From Octopus vulgaris (taxonomy: Eukaryota): a stretch of 64,000 nt of DNA. The stretch lies in the NCBI GenBank assembly GCA_951406725.2, contig OX597822.1, forward strand, positions 57,164,001 to 57,228,000, read 5' to 3'. Position 1 is the first letter of the stretch, and every line of letters begins with the position of its first letter. Made by a program: the position numbers and the translations under genes. Shown piece after piece: positions 54,300 through 64,000 of the stretch. The notes under the pieces were generated by a model, which was not told the DNA's origin, ran no database searches, and was given only the letters and a program-made list of their open reading frames with translations.

Positions 54300-56852
54300 T
54301 ATATATATATAGTGAGCATTTACAAAAAAACAAAGGACGAAGGAAGGCATGTAAACAACAAACAGATATATTAGTTTAACGCTTGGGAAGTGAGAAGGTC
54401 TTTTACGTTTCGAGCCTACGCTCTTCGACAGAAAGGAACACAGAAATAAACAGGGAGAGAAAATAGAAAAAGGTTTAGTGGCTAGCGATCTATCATGGTG
54501 AAGGCCGGACAGAGGGGTCACACAGGAGATTTAGGAAGAAGGGGAGATAATAAAGTAGTGGTGATCCCAAAACGAAGGTGCGCGCGCGTGTGCATGTGAG
54601 AGCGTGTATGTGCGTCTGGAAGGTGGCTGGTGACGTTGACGTTTGCGTGTGTGCATGTGTAGGTGTGTGGATGATGGTGTAGGTGCTGGGAAGTGGTCAG
54701 TGCTAGTGTCTGCGGGATGGTGTGATGTGGTGTGGTATGGTGGTGTGGTGGTGTTGGGGTGGGGGAGGCGAGAGTGGTGGAAGCAAAGGTGGGGTCTAAG
54801 GGATGGGATGGGGTGAGATGGGATGTATAAGGATGGTGGGGTTGGAATGTGCAGGGATGGAGTAACGTGGAGGGGGTGACGATGAAGGGAGAGGGTGGAA
54901 GGGAGAAGGTTGATTGGAGTGAAGAGAGGAAGTAGGTGCCAGAGCAAGAGAGGAGAGGAGGGCGAGAAGTAAGTGTGAGAGGAAGAGAGGAGAGAGGAGG
55001 AGTGTTAGATGTGGGAGGGGAGGAGAGCTGAGCCCATGCGGCGCAAAGGAGCGAAGAGGGAAGATTAATCAATCCCTGCTCATGGCAGACGGGAGTCCGG
55101 ATGGCCCCTGTGCAAGAACAATCCGAACACAGGCAGGTGTTGTAAAGAGTGACCGGTAGAGCGAAAATGGCGCGAGACCGAGGTGTCATTGACGAGTCAG
55201 ATGTCTCAGAGGTGTTCCGCGAACCGGTCAGCCAAGCGGCGTCCCGTTTGACCGATGTATAGAGAAGGACAGAGAGAGCAGGAGATGCAGTAGATGACCT
55301 TGCTAGAAGTGCGGGTGAAGGGTCGGTGATATGATAGGGTCGATGATGGGTGTCTGTGAGGAGGGTGGTTTTGGAGAGGTAAGGTCAAGTGTGTCAGCGT
55401 GGGCGGGAGTTGGGGAACGAGCCGGGTTGGGAGGTTGGGTTAGGAAAGAAGCTGTGGACCAAGAGGTCCCGTAGGTTGTGAGCTCGTTTGAAGGAGAGGA
55501 GATGTCGGTTAGGGAAGATGTGCGAAGCGGAGGGGTTGGACTGGAGTCGCCGGAAGGCTCGAAGAATGGTGCGTTGGAGAGGTAGGGTGGTGGATTGTGG
55601 GTGAGGGGAAACGAGAGACGGGTGACGGCGGCGCGGGTGCGGGAGGAGAGAGCAAATGCACGCTCCATTGAACGTGCTCTGGCAAGGGCGGTGTGGATAG
55701 TGGTGAGGGGATATCCACGTAGGATGAAGTGGCGAGCCATGAGTTGAGACTGAGTCTCAAAGTCATGGTTGTCACTGCAGAGCCTTCGTAGATGGAGGAA
55801 TTGGGAATAGGGGATGGAGAGTTTGATATGTTTAGGATGGGAGGAGGAGAAGTTGAGGTATGAGTGTGAGTCTGTGTGTTTGTAGTGGATGGAGGTGGTG
55901 AGAGTGGAGTGATGAATGCTGACCGAAATGTCGAGAAAGGCGACTGAGGTGTCGGAAATAGTGCAGAAGTGGAGGGCAGGATGGAAATATTAGACAAAAG
56001 AGAAGAGAGTGTCTAGATCTTTGCGAGAGAGTAAAGTCGCACCGATATAGTCGTCAATATAGTGTGAATATGTCAGGTTGGGGGTTGGGTCGAAGATCAA
56101 GGAAATGTTGGAGTGCACGCATCCCCTCGTGGTGAGGGATCACCGTGTATAGACTCTTGATGTCAAGAGTGAAGAGATGTTTAGAGGGGCCAGGAGGGAA
56201 GGAGAGAGTTGAACAAACGAAGAGTTTGGTTGGTGTCTTGAATGTGAGAGGGGAGGGAAACCAATAGGGGAACAAGGACATGGTCAAGATATCTGGAGAT
56301 GAGTTCGGTGAGGCAGTTGCAGGCGGAGACCATGGGGCGGCCAGGATTGTTAGGTTTGTGAATTTGGGGGAAGAAGTAAATTGTGGGAATGCGAGGGGTG
56401 CGGACAATGAGGTTAGAGGCGGTGGGGAGACGGGAGGAGGAGATGAGGTCATGAATAGTGGAGGACACAGTCTGTTGGTAGCTGGGTGTGGGGTTGGAGG
56501 GTAGAGGACAGTAGTAGGAGGTGTCTAGAAGTTGGCAGAGAGCTTCCGCCTTGTAGAGGTCCGCACGCCACATCACTATGGCTCCACCCTTGTCGGCCGG
56601 TTTTATAATGATGTCCGTGCGGTGTCGGAGACATCGAAGGGCCGAGAGTTCGGCTGGAGAGATGTTCAGATTTCGGGGACGCTTGGAAAAGTCAAACCGG
56701 TCCACAGCACGCTAGCAGGCACCCGCAAAAAGATCGACTGCCTGGAACTGGCCAGGAGCTGGCACCCACTGGGTTGGTCGGCGACCCAGGTCGGGGAAGC
56801 AGTCCTCCTCATTAGATGCAGGTGGAGTATCGCGAAAAAGCGCACACAACCT
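54300..56852 (-). mobile_element. Penelope-like element (RT plus GIY-YIG), frameshifted, with 3' terminal repeat
   Basis: IIIKPADKGGAIV, YFFPQIHKPNNPGRPMVS, TLDIKSLYTVIPH, YIDDY, VIYCISCSLCPSLYIGQTGRRLADRFAEHL; ends in (TA)n. Confidence 0.93.
54400..54435 (-). ncRNA. Minimal hammerhead motif, A6-variant, in PLE terminal repeat
   Basis: CUUU-CUGUCGA-A-GAGC(GUAG)GCUC-GAAA-CG-UA-AAAG. Confidence 0.65.
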
Positions 56853-56949
56853 ACATATATATATATGTATGTAAGTATGTATATATGTATGTATGTACGT
56901 ATGCATGTATGTATGTATGTATGTATATATATATGTATATGTATGTATG

Positions 56950-56981
<32 letters not shown>

Positions 56982-57014
56982 TGTATGTATGTATGTATGT
57001 ATGTATCAGCCAGC

Positions 57015-57210
57015 CGCCATGATTGACCGCTGGCCGCTAAAGCTTTTTTATTCTCTCACTGTTTATTTACTCGTGTTCCTTTCTGTTGAAGAGCGTAGGA
57101 TTGAAGCGTAAAAGACTTTCTCACTTTCCCGAGCGTTAAACTAATACACCTGTTTGTTGCTTATACACCTGTATTCGTCTTCTTTTTTTTCGGTAAATTC
57201 CAACTATATA
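57015..57210 (+). mobile_element. Penelope terminal repeat copy, inverted relative to 54310-54500
   Basis: Diverged homolog with CTTT-CTGTTGA-A-GAGCGTAGG..; ends in (TA)n. Confidence 0.8.
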
Positions 57211-57867
57211 TATTTATATATACATACATATATATATATATATATTAATATTTATACACACACACATAGTTATACGTCATTACATACACACCAAAAACAT
57301 ATATAGGTACACGTATAAACATGCTCATATGTATGTTTATTTATGTGTGTGCATAAATTTAAAAGTATATGTTTGTTTGTGTGTGTATGTACACACCTTT
57401 GTGTGTGCGTAAGAGGAAATGAATGGGTGCGTCCGTATATGCGAATGCGGGCATCTGTTGTGTTGAGTCAAATGTTTTGTGATATTTTGATAGTTTATTT
57501 GCTTAATTAGTCAAGTTACAACAAAAGCATCTAAGCATTAAAAAATAGAGGCGGTGTGTTGCACCGTCTGAAGCTATCTTTCTGGCAGTTTTTTTATCCC
57601 ATGCTGATCCCATATCTTGTCCTTCGAGGCGAATAACTCCTTCACTGAAGCTTCCACTTCCTGTTAGTTGATAAAGCGTCTCGTGCGCAGGAAGTGAGTC
57701 TTTGATCGGAACAAGTAATAATCTGAAGGAGATATTTTTCTGCAATCCTAACGTGCACAAGCAGTAGTTAAACAAAGGTCAGCTCCCGGAACATGTCGTC
57801 GCAAAACATGGGCATTTCGAACACAAGAAGATACCCTGCTTCTGGTGAAATTATGAGGAAATAATAA

Positions 57868-58380
<513 letters not shown>

Positions 58381-58399
58381 GAGTTAGAGTAAATAATTC

Positions 58400-59095
58400 A
58401 CTATGAGTTCGCCCTGCACGTTCAAACCATCGATGATAACCTGCACTCCGAACAGAACGGCAACGGATGTATGCCAATGTGCAGTTAAAAATGACTGACA
58501 TTGGTTAACAGAAAACTAGCTCTTATACATCAAGAAAACGCAAGGCCTCATACCACTCGAACGACCTGGAGTAAACTCCAGGAACTTGAGGGAATCGAAC
58601 TGATACTACCCCCAGCATATAATTTGGACCTGGCTCCCTCGGATTATTATTTGTTTCGATCCATGTTTCACCAAGAGGTGGAAGCTTCAGTGAAGGTTTT
58701 TGCCTCGAAGCGCAAGAACTGGTATCAGTGTGAGATCAATGAACTGGCAGAAAGACGGCTTCAGACAGTGCAACACTATAGCCTTTAGCTAGAATGCTAG
58801 GCCGCTTTTGTTGTAACGACGAATAAAGCAACTTGTTTGTTCCTTCTCGAGAGAAAGATGAGGAAAGAGCGAGAGAAAGTTATAGCGAAAGAGTCAGCAG
58901 AAGTTCGCCATTACCTTCTGCCGGAGCCGCGTGGAGCTTAGGTTTTTTGCTCGTAAACACACATCGCCCGGTCTGAGATTCGAACCCGCGATCCCTCGAC
59001 CGCGAGTAAGCTGCTCTAGCCACTAGGCCATATGCCTCCACAATAAAGCAAATTAATGACCAAAATATTGCAAAACTTTTAACTCAACACCTGAA
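58400..59095 (+). mobile_element. mariner 3' remnant interrupted by a SINE
   Basis: LIHQENARPH..LPPAYNLDLAPSDYYLF. Confidence 0.85.
58832..59041 (-). mobile_element. SINE family B with 10-bp TSD
   Basis: AATAAAGCAA at 58822-58831 and 59042-59051. Confidence 0.88.
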
Positions 59096-59177
59096 CTAAC
59101 TTGTGTAAATGTATATGTGCGCGTATATATGGTTTGGGTCTCTATGCAATGACCTTTAACTATATTTTACGTGTGTC

Positions 59178-59208
<31 letters not shown>

Positions 59209-59699
59209 ACATAAGTTGGTGATTCAAGTAGGAAAATAACTGACAGAGACAATAACTATTCCTACTATTGATACAAAGCCTGAAATTTTGTGGGGAGGGG
59301 ACTAGTCGATAGCACGAGGCGGGATGAATGGCAAAGTCGCCTTCGCTGGAATTTGAACTCAAAATGTAAAGTGTTGGCAGTAATATTTTCCGATGCAATA
59401 TCGATTCATCCTGTTCACCACCTTACAGAGACAATTTTTAATAGTAAGAGATGTATTTATGCATGTGAAAGCGAATAGGAGCCTTCAGTATTCATCTACA
59501 ATTGTTAAAAGATAAATATTTTAGTGGCCGAAGCTTAAGGCCCTTTAAAGTGAATACTTATCAGTTAATGCGCTGCGTTACTTTGACTGAATGAGAAAGC
59601 AGCTTTAGTTGAGAGCATATCTAGCACAAAGATGTCCTCTTTATTTCATTGATGGATTACGGCATATTTTTACTTCTTATAAAATGAATAATTTGTGTT

Positions 59700-60640
59700 A
59701 CGCCATGATATTAATATAGTTTTTTCAATTTATCTTCTAAAATTGTGGCAGAAAAATTTCAACTAAACGCTTTCGAACAGTCCCTATATAATCTCATAAT
59801 AATATTGAGATAATTCTACATACTATTTTTAAATAATTTTCATTTTTAACTTTACTATTCCATAATGAGAATTGAATTCTTGTAAGTAGAAGTTTCTCAG
59901 GGTTTGTATAAAGATATGTGTTTGTTTTGTTTTTTTCGAGCGAAGAGAAATTTAGATTTCTGGTTTGGAATGCAACTGGTTGATTGGTTGATTTATTTGT
60001 TTATTCATTTTGAGAATAAATTGATACAGAATATGTTGATGCAACCGTTTCAACTGTGAAAAGAATACCATCGCTTACAGTTTGCAACGTGACAGGAGGT
60101 AGACTATATTCTTCAGTAGTTCCAAAACTTCAGTAATGATATCATTTAAAGCGAAATCTTTACATTGAATCAAAATGTGTATGTGCTCAATATAATGAAT
60201 AATACATAGCGCGTAATAGGCAAATATTTCAATTAATTGTTGAAGTTCTTAAGAAATTTTAGGATTAGGTAAATCAAGAAGTGCCTTTTACACGATGGGA
60301 TTACGTATTGGTGTTTTACGTGTTATCCGATAGTCGATCGTATTTGTAAGGCAAGTCTGTTTGTAGAGTATGTGCATTTATCTTCCTGAAAAGTCAGCTC
60401 GCAATCTTTAGCTACAGCTCAAATCCTTTTAAGATTAATGTCTCGTTCTTCCTGTGAATTTTCTCTTACATTATTTAAATGCACAACAGATCCAACACAA
60501 TGATTGCCATTGATGATATCGTCAATAAGTCGTTGAAAACATTGCAAAGTATTAGTCAGATCGAAGTAGAAGCTACACTGTTAGCATAACTTTCTGCAAA
60601 CCTCTAAAGCAGGCTGTTTTTTTTATCTGTATCTTTTATC
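59700..60640 (-). mobile_element. Possible ancient LINE RT remnant
   Basis: Minus-strand motifs ~IPIV.KG..P.NF and DCSKAF in the expected order; weak. Confidence 0.3.
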
Positions 60641-60699
60641 GGAATCTCATAATATGCACTCTTCAAATCAAAAATACCGCAAACCGAATATCGCGCAAT

Positions 60700-61232
60700 A
60701 AAATAAATATCAACCACCCGAGGTAAAAGTTATGCATCTTGGGGAGGAAATATACTGATAGTCTGTAAATGTCTTGCAAACACCTTGCACATGCAAATGC
60801 TACCAGTCAAAAACTCCGCATACCGGAACCCAGCAAGTGTATGGGGTCATCAGGAGAAAATGCGCGCCGTTTCGAGGCCTACCTCTCGACGGCATCAATG
60901 CGCACCGGCCCCCTCACTGATATGAGGCGCCGCTTGCTAAATCAACTGGTTATCAAATAAAGTTCAATATCCTTCTAGCCATCGCTCATCGTCTCTTTTT
61001 AACCAAATCCAGTGATTAGCCTTCACCACTGTAGTTTGGATATCGGTCATGGTGGTATTGACTTTACGATGAGTTAGGCCTAACGATAACAACAGTCGTC
61101 TCACACTGTGTCCAACAAACCCTCGACATCCGACTTCGATTGGAAAATGCTCTGCTTTCCAGCTTGCGTCTTCACATTCCTCGAGGAGGTTTACATAACG
61201 GTCAGTCTTTCCAGCCCGAGCGGCGTCCATAT
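60700..61232 (-). mobile_element. HERO-like RLE non-LTR retrotransposon 3' end
   Basis: ORF 60964-61230: KTDRYVNLLEEC..WKAEHFPIEVGCRGFVGHS..HWIWLKRD. Confidence 0.85.
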
Positions 61233-61722
61233 TATCTTCATGAATAAAAAGATTATTTTAGTTACAAGACGAGCGAGCCGACACAATCATTAGAGCGTTC
61301 TAGAAAATATCTTACGAATATTCTTTTGGCTCTTCGCATTCTGAATTCAAATACTTCCGGCATTAACTTTGTCTTTCATCTCGCCCGGATCCATAAAATA
61401 AAGTACCATTCATGTACTGGGGCCGATTCTGTCGACTAATCTCTTTCCTTCAAAATTACTGACTTTCCAGCCCGAGCGGCGTCCATATTATCTTCATGAA
61501 TAAAAAGATTATTTTAGTTACAAGACGAGCGAGCCGACACAATCATTAGAGCGTTCTAGAAAATATCTTACGAATATTCTTTTGGCTCTTCGCATTCTGA
61601 ATTCAAATACTTCCGGCATTAACTTTGTCTTTCATCTCGCCCGGATCCATAAAATAAAGTATCATTCATGTACTGGGGCCGATTCTGTCGACTAATCTCT
61701 TTCCTTCAAAATTACTGACTTT
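61207..61722 (+). repeat. 256-bp near-perfect tandem duplication
   Basis: Units start at 61207 and 61463; one visible mismatch; CTTT microhomology. Confidence 0.95.
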
Positions 61723-61783
61723 GAGCCTAAATTATTACCTATTGTAACTAAAATTTGTCTTCTTCAAGAGGAACTTTTGTTAC

Positions 61784-62502
61784 AGTTCTCTATTAGCAAC
61801 AACACAATAGACTATTTTTAATAGTTTTAGGGTTAGGGTTAGGGTTAGGGTTACATTACTGAATGTACACAAGTGCAAATCTCTTGTAAATAGCCGATCT
61901 GCTGGCAGCTTTACATGTCTGAGAGAAAAGGAGATCTATGTTTTATCTATATTTTTTTTCTGCTATGGTTAGAAAAGCCATTTATAAAACGTAAAAACAT
62001 GTAGTGAGAAAAGAGATTTATCTTGTTCTACTTTGAATAAAATTATATTCATCGAAAGAATGCCGCCTAAATAAAGTAGTTATTGGGTGACTATCAAAAG
62101 TTACATAATTAAATAAAGATGTAAAACATACGTTAGTGTTTTTAAGAGTCCAACAGGTTTATTTCTACCATATTTAAGAGTATTATAGTCGTGAAGGGTT
62201 ATGAAATTTTCACCTAATATAACATCTGTAGCCATTTTTTTTTAACAGATAAGCAAGTATAAAAATAATTTTGTCCGTTTATTTGTAAAGTCAAGCAACA
62301 GTAACGAAAATGTTCTGGCGTTTTATAAATGGCCTTTCGAACCACAGCAGAAAAATATAGATAATATATCGATCTCCTTTTCTCTTAGACATGTAAAGCT
62401 GTCGGTAGATCTGCTATTTACAAGAGATTTACATGTCCATTAGGAAATATGTTTATTAAAACTATTAAAAATAGACAAGTGTGTTGTTGCTAATAGAGAA
62501 CT
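61784..62502. mobile_element. Foldback/MITE-like element with ~200-bp inverted arms
   Basis: 61784-62000 is the reverse complement of 62310-62502. (TTAGGG)4 at 61827-61850 is in the left arm only. Confidence 0.8.
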
Positions 62503-62544
62503 AGCGTTTAACCGTTGTTAGCTTATCAGAAGATTTTTTCAATA

Positions 62545-63200
62545 TACACAGAGCTGCTCTTCCTTGCCACATTTGCCGCAAATAACCTCTTTGGCAGTGT
62601 CAATAATACTAACAAAAGATATTATTAGTCATAATCAATGTATTTTTACAATACGAATTAATGGCACTGCAATCAATCAAACTATTATTATCGTCTCTAT
62701 TATAGCCACATTCAAACATTTGAAAGGATTGTGGAATTATTATATCGCTCAGAATTCTTTTGAGCTATATCCAGCACGTTTGCTTTGTTAATGGTATCCT
62801 GCATTTGGTACGTAGTTTTCCAGTGACAGCAGTATCATGTAATTATCTTGAATTACATTAATAAAGACATCTCCAACTGCTTCTTTTCTATTGGCTTTAT
62901 TTGTTGTATAGTTGTATAATTGCAATCTTTATCAAGTTACTTAAAGCATTGTTGATATTGTAGATATTCACCCAAAGGTTCATCAGGGAGTTTCTTCTGG
63001 TAGCACGTAGACGTCTTTCAAATACTTCGTTCTTGGGTTAATTGTACAGTAGCCTCAACAGTTCGACAGCATTCACCGATATAATCAAATATTGCCAGTT
63101 GTATCTGTATTAGTATCAATCAAGTGCAACTATTCTTTAACAGTAGTGCTGCTATTACGATTGCGAACATAGATTTCCGGTTTTAAGAATTTTGGTATTG
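62545..63200 (-). pseudogene. Ty3/Gypsy gag remnant
   Basis: Frameshifted peptides NEVFERRLRATRR..PDEPLGEYLQ..DKDCNY..EAVGDVFIN..VLDIAQKNSERY and knuckle-like AKEVICGKCGK. Confidence 0.7.
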
Positions 63201-63292
63201 AAATTTTGTTGAATAAACTGTAATTAAGCAAGTTCTGGAAAATAAGTATGGCCTAAAGGAGAAAAATTATCACAAATAACGTAAAAGACACA

Positions 63293-63340
<48 letters not shown>

Positions 63341-63440
63341 TGTGTGTGTGTGTATACATATATATGTATATATATATATATACCACACACACACATACAC
63401 ACAGGGAAATAAAGAAAAAGAAGAGTAATATGTTATATAT

Positions 63441-63477
<37 letters not shown>

Positions 63478-63628
63478 AATATATATTGTATATATATAGC
63501 TGAACTTTACAGAAATATATATACTGAACTTTACAGAAGTTCCTGCCGGTAATCGGCTATATTTACATACCGAATTCTACCAGTAAATAATTGGGTTTTT
63601 TTAAAGGCCTTTATAGAAATTATTTACT

Positions 63629-63700
<72 letters not shown>

Positions 63701-64000
63701 CATATATGAAGACAAACTTATGAGCCACGACATAATCTAATACAGAAGGCAGCGTGGTGGTTAAAAAAATACATTGATGTAGTGCAACGACTATGCTTTA
63801 TATAACATCATTATTGACTTTGCAAACAGTTAAGAGTATTCTAGATTATATTGCTTTACAAACTGTAATTGATGGCGTGCCTTTTGCAGCTGGTATGGGT
63901 GCATCAGAATTTTCTTTATCTGTTGTTCTTAATCCCAAAAAAGTATGTCATTTGCATTTCAGATATGGCGTTGCGGCTTTATTTCGCTATTTTCTCTCTC

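Noticed and set aside
61827-61853. (TTAGGG)4 as a chromosome end
   Set aside because: Only four interstitial units inside an inverted-repeat arm.

Overview
AT-rich eukaryotic repeat-dense DNA. The SINE families, microsatellite density and TE mix point to a cephalopod, probably Octopus (inference). No host protein-coding gene can be supported, and most ORF-track entries are microsatellite artefacts. The window contains decayed TEs: hAT/Buster, several Tc1/mariner, a Tigger-like MITE, a terminally complete Helitron (PIF1 remnant), about 10 R4/Dong-like restriction-endonuclease (RLE) LINE fragments beside (TAA)n tracts, HERO, CR1/L2 and RTE LINEs, Penelope-like elements (PLEs), a Gypsy gag remnant and three tRNA-derived SINE families. 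The most notable unannotated signals are three. (1) At least seven sequence-unrelated families of type-I hammerhead-ribozyme (HHR) motifs, all with a palindromic or near-palindromic loopless helix III; some have very long helix-II inserts, A6-variant cores, or inverted/tandem arrangements. (2) A ~550-bp non-coding, non-tRNA retroelement-like unit tied to (TAA)n tracts. (3) Local segmental duplications, one of which preserves the empty site of the Helitron. All folds and alignments were done by eye; boundaries are approximate unless a motif is quoted.
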